Source: Gemmatimonadaceae bacterium
GTDB lineage: Bacteria; Gemmatimonadota; Gemmatimonadetes; Gemmatimonadales; Gemmatimonadaceae
Direction: 5' to 3'
Assembly: GCA_040902075.1 (NCBI GenBank)
Contig: JBBDXZ010000106.1
Coordinates: 4,417 to 68,416 of the forward strand
Length of the DNA: 64,000 nt
Shown: positions 54,785 to 64,000 of the stretch, piece after piece
Position numbering within the stretch: position 1 is the stretch's first letter
Layout: every line of letters starts with the position of its first letter
Made by a program: the position numbers and the translations under genes
Notes under the pieces: model-generated
What the model was told of the DNA's origin: nothing
The model's input: only the letters and a program-made list of their open reading frames with translations
Databases searched by the model: none

Positions 54785-55960
54785 TCAACGAAACGCGTGC
54801 ACGTGTCCCTTGTTCGGCACGAGCAGGATCTCCAACCCGATCGCCATATCCGCGCCCGGCGCGTTCTGCGCGCCATTCCCGGGTATCGGCGCTTTCCAAA
54901 CTGGCGCACCGGTATTGATGTTCAGTCCCACCACGGCCTGATTGTCCGAGTAGAACAGGACGTCGCGAGCGATCGCCGGTGAGTGTCGCGGAATCGATCC
55001 TGCCACGTGCGTCCACACTAAAGCGCCGGTGTTCCGATCCAGCGCCACCACCTTCGTGTAGTCGAACACGAACACTTTGCCCTGCGCAACCGCCACGCTG
55101 CTGAAGGCGAGCGTGGCGCTCGCAGTGTATGTCCAGACGCCCGCGCCCGTCGTGGCATTCACCGCATGCAACTTCATGTCGTTCGTGCCGATGAACACGA
55201 GCCTGGGCGTCGCCGTGTCGATCACGGGCGATGAGAAGCCCACGATTGCGGTGAGGTTGTATTTCCACGCCTGCGCGCCCGTGCCGACGTCGAACGCGAA
55301 GAGGCCGTCGTCCGAGCCGACGTACACCCTACCGAATCCGACGGCCGGGGAGGACTCCTGCGAGGTCGCACCAGGGCTGGTGTTCGCCGACCAGACTAGT
55401 GCGCCGTTCCCTTGGGCGAACGCGTGCAGTACGTGCTGGTCGGTATTGACGAATACCATCCCGTGCTGGACGGCCACCGATGCGCCGCTCCCCGTGCCGG
55501 GCAGCGGCGTCTGCCAGACGGGCGCACCGTTCACCTGTCGCACGGCATACACGTGCGGCGTGTTTCCCTTCGTTGCCGCGTAGACGTTGTCGTTCGCCGC
55601 GGTCGGCGCGCCGAAGAAACCGGTGTTCGCGGACGCCGTGAACGTCCAGAGCTGTGCCCCGGTATGCGGCGACAGTGCGTACAGCTTCCGGTCCCCATAG
55701 CCGGAGCCGATGAAGACACGAAAGCTGTCATTGACCGCGCCGAGCACAGGCGCAGTGAGCGACGTCGTACCCATCACCAGGGGCGCGTTCCAGAACGGCT
55801 GCGGGTTGCGTCCCATTCCGCCGCGCACATATCCCGTGCGACCGGCGTCGTGTTGAAAGGTCCACCAGTCAGCGCTGGCGGTCGTGCAGGCGGCGAGAGC
55901 GACGGCCAGCGCAATCCAGTGCGCGCGGCGGGACCGCAGGCGCGGTTCAGTGCGAAGCAC
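54785..55960 (-). CDS. PQQ-like beta-propeller repeat protein (secreted)
   Basis: Repeated ..A.D..TG...W motifs (KLYALSPHTGAQLWTF, HVYAVRQVNGAPVWQTP, LHAVNATTGAGVWTY, VVALDRNTGALVWTH). I prefer a GTG at 55960, which gives a signal-like RRAHWIALAVALAACTTASA. The track start is 56035. Confidence 0.8.
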   Translation of the reverse strand: MLRTEPRLRSRRAHWIALAVALAACTTASADWWTFQHDAGRTGYVRGGMGRNPQPFWNAPLVMGTTSLTAPVLGAVNDSFRVFIGSGYGDRKLYALSPHTGAQLWTFTASANTGFFGAPTAANDNVYAATKGNTPHVYAVRQVNGAPVWQTPLPGTGSGASVAVQHGMVFVNTDQHVLHAFAQGNGALVWSANTSPGATSQESSPAVGFGRVYVGSDDGLFAFDVGTGAQAWKYNLTAIVGFSSPVIDTATPRLVFIGTNDMKLHAVNATTGAGVWTYTASATLAFSSVAVAQGKVFVFDYTKVVALDRNTGALVWTHVAGSIPRHSPAIARDVLFYSDNQAVVGLNINTGAPVWKAPIPGNGAQNAPGADMAIGLEILLVPNKGHVHAFR

Positions 55961-56055
55961 GATACACCTCAATGAATCGAGGAAGCAAAGGATCGGCGCA
56001 GCTTCGCGGTAAACTTCATCCATTATCCGCGCCATCGCGCGAATGTCAATCAGAA

Positions 56056-56583
56056 CTATGCGGTCGCGCCCTTCTGGTCGAGCAGGCGCACGAGCTCGCG
56101 CCCAAATTGTGGCAAGTCCTTGGGGACGCGCGAGCTGATGATGTTTCCGTCGGTCACCACCGGCTCATCGACCCAGACGGCGCCGGCGTTGACGAGATCG
56201 TCGCGGATTCCGACGGTCGACGTCATGCGCCGTCCGCGCACGATCCCGGCGCTGATGAGAATCCACGGTCCGTGACAGATCGTCGCGACCACTTTGCCCG
56301 CTTCATGCACCTCGCGCACGCGCTGGAGCACGTCCTTGTCGCGGCGAATCTTGTCCGGCGCCCACCCGCCCGGCGCGAGCAGCCCGACGACGTCGCGCGC
56401 CGCCACATCGCGCACGTGCGCATCGACCGGGCACGGATATCCGTGCTTGCCGCGATAGGACGGCTCGCCCATGCCCGCGATGACCGTCTCGTATCCAGCT
56501 TCCTCCAGCCGAAGCTTCGGATACCACACCTCGAGGTCTTCGTACTCGGGCCCGACGAGGATGAGAAACGTGCCGTGTGACAT
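56056..56583 (-). CDS. DJ-1/PfpI family protein (PfpI-type intracellular protease/glyoxalase)
   Basis: 175-aa ORF. The nucleophile elbow is VATICHGPWILISAG. Also LLAPGG.AP and NIISSR.P.DLP.F. Confidence 0.9.
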   Translation of the reverse strand: MSHGTFLILVGPEYEDLEVWYPKLRLEEAGYETVIAGMGEPSYRGKHGYPCPVDAHVRDVAARDVVGLLAPGGWAPDKIRRDKDVLQRVREVHEAGKVVATICHGPWILISAGIVRGRRMTSTVGIRDDLVNAGAVWVDEPVVTDGNIISSRVPKDLPQFGRELVRLLDQKGATA

Positions 56584-56634
56584 GGGCGAAGGATGTCACA
56601 TGCTCCGCGCACAGACAACAGCTTTTAGCTCGCG

Positions 56635-58239
56635 ATGGACAGACATGTCCTCCGAGCCGTAACGTTTGCGATGCTGATTTCTCGCGCCTTGAGCCGGCTT
56701 TGGCCCGCCATCGTACTCGTGGCGTGCGGGCAGGGTTTCCTCAGACCCGCGCTCCTCCCGCACCAGGAGCTGCCCACCAGAGCGCCGGGCGACACGCTGA
56801 AGGTCCACATGAACTCCGGGCATCTCTACGTCCTGGACACCTGGTCCGTCGACACCACGACACGCCAGGTCGCCGGGGCCGGGATGCACTACGACCTCGC
56901 GCGCAACGGCATCGGGGACACCGCCATCGTCGTCCCTCTCGATTCCGTCGCCGTGTTCGAGACCAACACGCGCGACGCGGCGTACGCGTTCGGGCTCCAG
57001 GGCATCGCCGTGTTCACCGGGCTCGGCGTCTACATCTCGGCCGTCTGCCTCGCCGACCCCAAGTCCTGCTTCGGGTCGTGTCCCACCTTCTATATAGAAG
57101 GGGACGAGCCCGACCGAGTGCAAGCGGAAGGGTTCTCCGCGAGCGTGGCCCGCGCGCTCGAGGCTCGCGACGTCGACGCCCTGCCGCGCGCGAACGCCAA
57201 GGGCCGGCGCCTCAGGCTCCACATGCGCAACGAAGCATTGGAGACGCACGCGGTACGCGCGGTGAGCCTGCTCGTCGCGCCCAGGCCAGCCAATGGACGC
57301 GTGTTCGCGGCGGACGACACGACCTTTTATGCGGCCTCCAACCTCACCGCGCCGATAGCGTGTACTTCCGCCGAGGGCGAGTGCCTGAAAGCCATCGCAC
57401 AGCTGGACGGAGTGGAACGGTCATCGGCGAGCGATTCACTCGACCTCGCTGCGCGCGAGCAGATCGAGCTGACGTTCGCGTCCGTCCCGCAAAATGCCGG
57501 GCTCGTTCTGACGGGGCGTAACAGCCTGGTCACGACGTTCCTGTTTTATCAGACGCTCGCGTATCTCGGATCGAACGCGGGTGCCTTGCTCGCCTCGATG
57601 GAGCGCGGCGGACGAAGCCACGCGGCGTCGCACTTCGGCATGGCGCGACTGCTTGGTCCCATCGAGGTCCAGATTCGCGACGGATCAGATTGGCGCACCG
57701 TGGGGAGCTTCGGCGAGCCTGGACCGATTGCCGCTGACACCAAGGTCATCCCGTTGCGCGGCTTGCCGCCAAGCGATAGCCCGGTGCACGTGCGCTTGCG
57801 TCTGGCCAAAGGCAATTGGCGCATCGACAGGGCGTCGCTCGCGACGTTGGGCGCGCCGGTCACGCCCGCACGCGTTCTTCCCACGAGCGTGGAGCGTAAC
57901 GGCCAGGCCGACGTTCGCGCCCTCGCGGCCTTGCATCGAAACGGAGAGAGACTCGTGTCGCTTCCCGGCGACGACTACCGGATCGTGTTCGATCTGCCTC
58001 ACCCCGCCGAGTCGCTCGAGATCTTTCTCGAGAGCGAGGGCTACTACTACGAGTGGATGCGACGCGAGTGGCTCGCCGAGGAAAACCCGATGATGGCGGC
58101 GCTCGTGGTGTTCAATCCCGCGCAGGCGTTGCGACAGCTCGCGCCGGCGTACAAGTCCGGCGAATCGCGCATGGAGCAACTCTTCTGGGAGAGCCGTTTC
58201 CATCGCACCGAAAAGGGGTCGCGTGAAAGCCGGCCGTAG
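56635..58239 (+). CDS. Hypothetical lipoprotein
   Basis: 534-aa ORF. LWPAIVLVACGQG is a lipobox. No family recognised. Confidence 0.55.
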   Translation: MDRHVLRAVTFAMLISRALSRLWPAIVLVACGQGFLRPALLPHQELPTRAPGDTLKVHMNSGHLYVLDTWSVDTTTRQVAGAGMHYDLARNGIGDTAIVVPLDSVAVFETNTRDAAYAFGLQGIAVFTGLGVYISAVCLADPKSCFGSCPTFYIEGDEPDRVQAEGFSASVARALEARDVDALPRANAKGRRLRLHMRNEALETHAVRAVSLLVAPRPANGRVFAADDTTFYAASNLTAPIACTSAEGECLKAIAQLDGVERSSASDSLDLAAREQIELTFASVPQNAGLVLTGRNSLVTTFLFYQTLAYLGSNAGALLASMERGGRSHAASHFGMARLLGPIEVQIRDGSDWRTVGSFGEPGPIAADTKVIPLRGLPPSDSPVHVRLRLAKGNWRIDRASLATLGAPVTPARVLPTSVERNGQADVRALAALHRNGERLVSLPGDDYRIVFDLPHPAESLEIFLESEGYYYEWMRREWLAEENPMMAALVVFNPAQALRQLAPAYKSGESRMEQLFWESRFHRTEKGSRESRP

Positions 58240-58762
58240 ATCCGCCGCGATCCTCGCCGTGGTGTTGCTGGCCGGATGCGTCATTCCGGGTGTCGGCATT
58301 TCCCCGTATGGCAGGGCAACGACGGTGCACCCAAAGACTGGCCCGCGCGTGGCGGGCGAACTGCTCGCCGCAAACGGCGACACGGTGTGGCTGCTGTCGG
58401 CCGGAGCGGTGAGAAGCTTCGGCGCGGCTGAGCTCCGGAGCGTCGACGTCGCGCGCCACCGCTTTGGCGCGAAGAAGACCTTCGTCTGGATGTCGGTGGC
58501 CGGCTTGGGCACCGGCGTCGCGCTTCTCATATCGTGCTCGTCGTACGCGAGCACCGAGGACGGCTCAGCGGATTGCGGTGGAGTGCTCCCCGGGACATTT
58601 CTGTTTTTTGTGGTGACCGGTGCAGTGTTCGCGCTCTTCAACGAGTACTCCAGCAAGCACCATCTCAAGCCGGACGATACGCCGAGCTTGCGCCCGTTCG
58701 CGCGCTTTCCTCAGGGTTTGCCAGACTCACTCGCGGCCCTTGCCGCCCCGCGCGCGCCTTGA
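58223..58762 (+). CDS. Hypothetical lipoprotein with C-terminal TM helices
   Basis: 179-aa ORF. MKAGRRSAAILAVVLLAGC is a lipobox. There are two hydrophobic helices (FVWMSVAGLGTGVALLI and FLFFVVTGAVFALF). It overlaps the upstream gene by 17 nt. Confidence 0.5.
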   Translation: MKAGRRSAAILAVVLLAGCVIPGVGISPYGRATTVHPKTGPRVAGELLAANGDTVWLLSAGAVRSFGAAELRSVDVARHRFGAKKTFVWMSVAGLGTGVALLISCSSYASTEDGSADCGGVLPGTFLFFVVTGAVFALFNEYSSKHHLKPDDTPSLRPFARFPQGLPDSLAALAAPRAP

Positions 58763-58783
58763 CCCGCTGAAGTTGTCATTCGT

Positions 58784-59959
58784 CTAACGGGCGCAGCCTC
58801 GCACAATCGCCAATGCGTTCCCCACGGGCCGCTCGCCCGTGGGATCAGACGGACGGTTCAAGACCCGCAGCGCGCCCGTGCTGTCGGGGTCCGCTGCGAC
58901 CAGCGTTGTCGAGCCGCCGCCGTCGAGGTTGATCGCGTCGCGCGCGCCCAGCGCAAGCATCACCGTCGCCAGCTCGCGCAGCGTCATCCCATCGCTGTAC
59001 GGCTTCTGTCGGCCGTCCACGACGACGAGCAGAAGGCGCTTCCCATTGCCCGCGATGCCCACCGCGGTCCGCGGATGCCGCCCGGCCGCGAACCCCGGGG
59101 CGCCTTCGGTGTCCACGGCGGCGCTGATCGCGCTGTCGCGCACAAGGACGGGCCGGCCGCCCACGGCCTCACGCGGAACAAAGGGCGCGAGCGTCACCGC
59201 CGCTCGCAGCGTATCGGCGACGTTGAGCGAGAGCAACGCCGCGCGCGCCCGGGACGTGTCCCCGCCCCCACGCGCCACGAGCACGGCACCGCCCGCCGGA
59301 ATTGCTACGCCGGCCGGCGTGGTATCCACACGCACGACGCGCGATGGGCTGCTTCCCTCCATCACCACCTCTACTACAGAGGAAGCAGTGTCCGTCGCAT
59401 CGCCCCAGCTCGCGTCGAACAATGCCAGGCCCACCGCGCGCCGGTTCCAATTGTTGATCTCGAAGCGCGCGCCGCCGATGGCAAGGCTCCCGTTCGCGCG
59501 GAGTGTCGTGATCCTCGGTGCGCCGAGTGAATCGAACGCGAGCACCGGCTGCGTATTGGGCCCGGTCACCACTCGCCCGCGCGATATGTGCGCGTTGGTC
59601 GGGACGCCCGCAGGCGCAAAGAGAAAGAAGTCGGCGTTAACGCCGCCGATCACCTCAGCGGTCTTATCTAGCGACGCGAGCTGCTCCGACGTCTTTTCGC
59701 GCCCCGATGCGCCCGCGCCCGGTTTGACCGCGACCGCCGAGAAGCAAGACTCGCGATTGACGTCGAGGACGTGGATCGCCCACGGCCCTGATGACGCGTA
59801 AATGAACCGGTGCACTACACCCGGCGTCACGACTCGCGCGCGCATCGTGTCGGCCGGGAAGGGGAGTACGAGCGCCGCGGGATCCCGCCGAACCGCCACG
59901 GAGGCGCATGCCGAGACGAGTACGAGGAGCAGTGGTACCGTTTTTACGCAGTGCCGCAT
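58784..59959 (-). CDS. Phosphodiester glycosidase family protein (DUF2233/NAGPA-like)
   Basis: 391-aa ORF with signal plus lipobox (LLLVLVSAC). GGVNADFF, PRTAVGI......LLLVVVDGRQ..S.GMTL.ELA and AINLDGGGSTT are family hallmarks. Confidence 0.8.
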   Translation of the reverse strand: MRHCVKTVPLLLVLVSACASVAVRRDPAALVLPFPADTMRARVVTPGVVHRFIYASSGPWAIHVLDVNRESCFSAVAVKPGAGASGREKTSEQLASLDKTAEVIGGVNADFFLFAPAGVPTNAHISRGRVVTGPNTQPVLAFDSLGAPRITTLRANGSLAIGGARFEINNWNRRAVGLALFDASWGDATDTASSVVEVVMEGSSPSRVVRVDTTPAGVAIPAGGAVLVARGGGDTSRARAALLSLNVADTLRAAVTLAPFVPREAVGGRPVLVRDSAISAAVDTEGAPGFAAGRHPRTAVGIAGNGKRLLLVVVDGRQKPYSDGMTLRELATVMLALGARDAINLDGGGSTTLVAADPDSTGALRVLNRPSDPTGERPVGNALAIVRGCAR

Positions 59960-59989
59960 GCGGGGAAGAATAGCCCCGACCCGAACCAG

Positions 59990-61972
59990 CTAGTGCCGCG
60001 TTTGCCCGGTAACGGACGGCAGCGCGGCGGTGAATGGCGACCACTCTACCACCGACGGATCGGAAGCAGCTCTGTCCGCGGTCTCGCCTGACGGCAACAA
60101 CGCCGGTAAGTCGGTGAGCACGAGCGCGAAGTGCTCGCCTGAGCTCAGGAGCTTCGTCGCCTGTGCCTCGTCCATCGCCTCGACGATGCGGACGTCGTCC
60201 CGCTCCAGCAGCGCGCGCGCCATGCGGCGCCACGTGGCATCCGGGTTCACCAGCAGAATGGAAGCGACTCCAATTGGCTGCCGTTGCGGCTGCTCCGCGA
60301 TGATGTCGCCGACGACACGTTCGACTTCCTGGAGGGTAGTCTCGCCGCGGCGGACGCGCGCCGCCGCGCCTTCTCGCATCGACACCATGCCCTGGGCGAC
60401 GGCGGCACGCTGCAGCGCATGCGCGGTCGCGCCGGCCGCGATCATGTCCGCAAGGGTCGGGGTGATCACTGCCACTTCCACGAGCGGCAGACGTCCGCGA
60501 TATCCGGTGCTGCCACAGCGTTTGCAGCCGAGGGCGCGCGACAACGGCCGCACGCCGTACCGCGCGCCGAGCGTCGTTTCCTCTTCCGTGAGCGATCCCT
60601 CACCGATGAGCGGCTGGGCGCAGTCCGTACAGACGCGCCGGATGAGGCGCTGCGCCAGCGTCCCGCGCAGGGTGGTCGCGATGGTCTGGCGATCGAGGCC
60701 AAGATCCGTAAGTCGCGTGATCGTGCTCATCGCGTCGTTGGTGTGCAGCGACGCGAGCACGAGGTGGCCGGTCATGGCGGCTTGCGCCGCGATGTGTGCC
60801 GTCTCGGCGTCGCGGATCTCGCCGACGAAGATCACGTCGGGGTCCTGGCGCAGCAGCGCGCGCAACGAGTTCGCGAACGTCACGCCGCGCTTGGGCTCGA
60901 CCTGGATCTGCGTGATGCCGGCAAGCTCATACTCTACCGGATCTTCGACGGTCGAGATGTTCAACTCACCGGTCGCGATCTCCCGGATCGCCGAATAGAG
61001 CGTCGTAGTCTTGCCCGAGCCCGTGGGCCCGGTCACGATGACGATGCCATCCCGGCATTTGAGCAATTGACGCAAACGCGCCAGCTCGCGGGGTGTGATG
61101 CCGATGTCTTCCAGCTTTCTCGTGCTCTCCGGACGCAGAATACGAATGACGGCCTTCTCGGCGTCACGCGTGCAGACGGTCGAGATGCGCAGGTCGATGT
61201 GCGCGCCGGCGATCACGACTCGGCTCCGGCCGTCCTGCGGCCGCAGGCGATCGGCGATGTCCAATCGGCCCAGGACTTTGATTCGTGATACGACGCGATT
61301 CAGCGCGACCATGGGTAGGTGCATGTAGCGGCGCATCACGCCGTCTATTCTGAATCGCACGGTGCCGGCTTTGACGCCCGGCTCGATGTGGATGTCGCTC
61401 GCGCCCTGAACGACCGCGTCTCGAAGAATGAGGTTCGTCAGCTTGACGACGGGGGCCGACTCGACTTCCGCTGGGCCTACCGATTCCGGGGAGGAATCTT
61501 CGACCAGCCGCACGGCGTCGGTCACGTGTTCGTCGATGCTGCTGAGGAGCTGTTCCATCGCGCGCTCGCCACTGTAGGCGGCGGAAAGCGCTTCGTCGAT
61601 CGCGGTGGGCGTCGCCAGCTCGAAGACCAGGCGCCGGCCGGTTGCAAACTCGATGGCCTGCTCGATGTCGATGTTTGTCGGATCCGCCGTGGCGACAACC
61701 ACGTTCCGCTTTTCGTCGCGCAGCGGGAAAACGTGGTATTGGCGGGCGATCCGTTCCGGCAGGATAGCGAGCGCGGCAGGCTCGGCTTGCTCGCAATCGG
61801 CGGCCGCGATCCCAAAGGCAGGGGCAAGCGCCTTGGCGAGATCCGGTGGAGCTATGCCGAGCGTCCTGGCGGTCATCTCCCAGGAATCGACCAGCGATGC
61901 ATCATCCGGAATTACAACGACTTCCGCGCCTTTGAGACCGGCGCGCCCTGCTGCTGCTGACAACCAATGCAT
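59990..61972 (-). CDS. GspE/PilB-family secretion ATPase with N-terminal T2SSE_N (MshEN-like) domain and an extra C-terminal receiver-like tail
   Basis: 660-aa ORF. The N-domain has LPERIARQYHVFPLRDEKRNVVVATADP. Walker A is VTGPTGSGKTTTLY. The Asp/His boxes are LRQDPDVIFVGEIRD and TGHLVLASLHTND. The tetra-Cys motif is CTDC...CKRCGSTGYRGR. The last about 110 aa (ILLVNPDATWRRMARALLERDDVRIVEAMDEAQATKLLSSGEHFALVLTDL) resemble the first half of a REC domain. Confidence 0.9.
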   Translation of the reverse strand: MHWLSAAAGRAGLKGAEVVVIPDDASLVDSWEMTARTLGIAPPDLAKALAPAFGIAAADCEQAEPAALAILPERIARQYHVFPLRDEKRNVVVATADPTNIDIEQAIEFATGRRLVFELATPTAIDEALSAAYSGERAMEQLLSSIDEHVTDAVRLVEDSSPESVGPAEVESAPVVKLTNLILRDAVVQGASDIHIEPGVKAGTVRFRIDGVMRRYMHLPMVALNRVVSRIKVLGRLDIADRLRPQDGRSRVVIAGAHIDLRISTVCTRDAEKAVIRILRPESTRKLEDIGITPRELARLRQLLKCRDGIVIVTGPTGSGKTTTLYSAIREIATGELNISTVEDPVEYELAGITQIQVEPKRGVTFANSLRALLRQDPDVIFVGEIRDAETAHIAAQAAMTGHLVLASLHTNDAMSTITRLTDLGLDRQTIATTLRGTLAQRLIRRVCTDCAQPLIGEGSLTEEETTLGARYGVRPLSRALGCKRCGSTGYRGRLPLVEVAVITPTLADMIAAGATAHALQRAAVAQGMVSMREGAAARVRRGETTLQEVERVVGDIIAEQPQRQPIGVASILLVNPDATWRRMARALLERDDVRIVEAMDEAQATKLLSSGEHFALVLTDLPALLPSGETADRAASDPSVVEWSPFTAALPSVTGQTRH

Positions 61973-62050
61973 GATGAGGCCCCTGCTGCTGCTGCTGCTC
62001 GTCTATTGGTCAGACGATACAAGCGGGACCAGCGTAAAACAAATGAATAA

Positions 62051-62122
62051 GAGCCTTGAGGTCTGAGAGGTCAGGGCCTCCGAGTTTTCTGTTGGAAGGT
62101 CCAGGGAGATAGGTGTAGAGGC
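62051..62122. mobile_element. MITE-like element, family 2, copy c (left half only)
   Basis: TCAGGGCCTCCGAGTTTTCTGTTGGAAGGT plus GGAGATAGGTGTAGAGG match the left arm and core of copies a and b. I see no right inverted repeat. Confidence 0.6.
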
Positions 62123-62157
62123 CGCAACTTGATGCGGCCCTTGGCCGTAGGAGCAGC

Positions 62158-64000
62158 ATGGCCGAGCGCCAAGCCTTCAGACCCGACATCGAGGGACTTC
62201 GCGGAATCGCGATCCTCCTCGTGGTGCTCTTCCACGCGGGAGTTGTTGGGCTGTCCGGCGGCTTCGTGGGCGTGGACGTGTTCTTCGTTCTCTCCGGGTT
62301 CTTCATCACCGGGTTGCTCGCGCGGGAGCTCTCGAGCAACGGCAGCGTGGATCTCACGGCCTTCTATGGAAGGCGGGCGCTCCGATTGCTGCCAGCGCTA
62401 TTGCTCACGCTGCTGGTTACGCTGGCCGCCGTGATGTGGCTATACGCGCCGATCGATCGCGCCGCGATCGCGGCGAATGCGCGCTCGGTCGCGCTGTACT
62501 CGGGGAACATCGAGCTCGCGCGCAGCTCGACGGACTACTTCGGCGCCGGCGACAACCCGCTTCTTCACACGTGGTCGCTCGCGGTCGAGGAGCAGTTCTA
62601 TCTCGCCTGGCCGCTCCTGTTCCTGCTCGTTGCGAGGAAGCGCCTCTTTCTGGCGATAGCGATCGCGGGATCTCTTTCGTTGGTCGCGTCGCTGTGGCTC
62701 ACGCGGGCGGCACAGCCATGGGCGTTCTTCGGCATGCCGACGCGGATCTGGGAGTTCGCACTCGGCGGCGCGCTCGCGCTCGGGTGGAATGAGCCGACGT
62801 ACGAAACCGATGGACGCGCGACGATCCTGCAGCTTGCCGGCCTGGCCGGCATCGCTCTCGCCGTCGCGACCTACGATCGCGCCACGTCATATCCCGGCGT
62901 CGCCGCGGTGCTCCCCGCGATGGCAACCGTCGCGCTCATAGTTGGGGGACAGCGCGCACCAGCGAGCTTCGTGAGCCGCGCGCTCTCGGCGGATTGGCTG
63001 CGGTGGCTGGGTCGCATGTCGTACGCGTGGTATCTGTGGCACTGGCCGCTCGTCGGAGTCGGTGCCGTGCTCGATTGGGAGATCGGTGTCTGGGGCCGGC
63101 TGGCCTGGTCCGCTGTTGCGCTCGTGCTCGCGTGGTTGACACACCGCTTCATCGAGCAACCCGCGCGCGATGGTGGCCGTCTGTCACGGATTCCGACGCG
63201 GTGGTTGGTACCCGTGGCGCTGGGCGCGAGCGTCGTCACGGCCGTTGCCGCGCACGGAGCGATGATCGCCTCACAGCGACAAGCCGCGCACCCCACGGCA
63301 GCGACTGTATGCCGCGGCGCGCGTGGACCGGATGCAGCACGACTGCTGGGCGACGACCATCGAGGAGCGAAGAGGCCCGTGCGAGTTCGGCGACCGGAGC
63401 TCGGCGACGACGTTGGTGCTGCTTGGCGATTCGCACGCCGAGCATTGGCTCGGAGCGCTCGACCGTGCGGGACGGGAGCGCGGTTTCAAGGTGATCGCGA
63501 TGGTGAAGGGCGGCTGCCCCGTCCCGGACATGCCGGAGCTCATGCAGCCACGTCTCAAACGGTGGTACCACGAGTGCACGCGCTTTCGTGAAGCCATGAT
63601 CCGCCGGATCATCGCCCTTCGCCCCGCCGCGGTGATCCTCTCGAGCTGGGATCACTACATGCCGCTGAACGGCAATGGATCGGACTGGCAGGTGACGCCC
63701 GACATCTGGCGCCGCGGGCTGCGTCGCACCTATACCAGACTATCCGCGGCCGGCATCAAGACCGTCGCCATGCGCGGTACGCCGCGCACGTGGTTCGATG
63801 TGCCGGGCTGTCTGTCCCGGCAGGCGGCGCAGCTGCCGGCCGCGAGACGATGTGAGTACGAGCGCGCGCGGGCGTTTTCTCCCGTCGCGATCGCGGCACA
63901 GAACGAGGCGGCGCGCGGACTCCCCGTGCGGTTCGTCGACATGAACGACATTATTTGCAAGACATCGCCCGTGCCCGGTCATCCGCAACGGCATCGTCAT
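62158..64000 (+). pseudogene. OafA/YrhL-type acyltransferase-3 + SGNH domain gene, interrupted by at least one frameshift; runs off the window end
   Basis: The AT3 domain (FRPDIEGLRGIAILLVVLFH, multiple TM helices) is in the frame of 62158. From about 63266 the SGNH-linker sequence (LYAAARVDRMQHDCWATTIEERRGPCEFGD...TTLVLLGDSHAEHW...KGGCPVP) reads only in the +1 frame, while the original frame degenerates and stops at 63591. The last 30 nt read CPVIRNGIV in the third frame, suggesting a second shift near 63968-63971. Confidence 0.65.

Overview
High-GC bacterial chromosomal window (about two-thirds G+C by eye, not computed). The gene content suggests a soil Gemmatimonadota- or Acidobacteriota-like organism, which is inference only: many Ser/Thr kinases with TPR tails, SusC/SusD, abundant lipoproteins and dispersed GTCATCCCGAGCG...GGGATCTGC elements. 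I support about 55 protein-coding genes, 2-3 likely pseudogenes and four families of intergenic repeats. I found no rRNA, tRNA, CRISPR array, integrase or transposase.

The stand-out region is about 6.2-17.8 kb, which packs several proteases into three adjacent operons:
- a membrane-spanning caspase (C14) preceded by a small EACC1-like protein;
- a 1325-aa alpha/beta-hydrolase-CHAT fusion, translationally coupled to an HExxH (ImmA/IrrE-like) metalloprotease;
- a divergently transcribed TPR-CHAT protease followed by a DUF1232-like protein. A paralogue of that protein sits 14 kb upstream, so the two copies bracket the island.

A signal-less NlpC/P60 peptidoglycan hydrolase operon abuts the island. 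I see no NTPase, CRISPR or recognisable gasdermin partner, so I flag this as the best candidate for an undescribed conflict or programmed-death system.

Other notable content:
- an atypical chaperone-usher-like surface-fibre locus with a LysM-tailed 1100-aa outer-membrane protein and a C9/G9 tract;
- three or four toxin-antitoxin-like pairs (PIN/Phd, HEPN/MNT, NTase pair) and a Uma2 nuclease;
- a beta-glucan module (GH144-like plus GH3) and a SusC/SusD pair;
- a Ser/Thr kinase split by two in-frame TGA codons, and a frameshifted OafA-like acyltransferase;
- 12-bp periodic GGACAT/ATGTCC arrays, a MITE-like element in three copies, and a 9-bp tandem repeat that fills an entire intergenic spacer.

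All family assignments come from motif recognition by eye. No database search was run.
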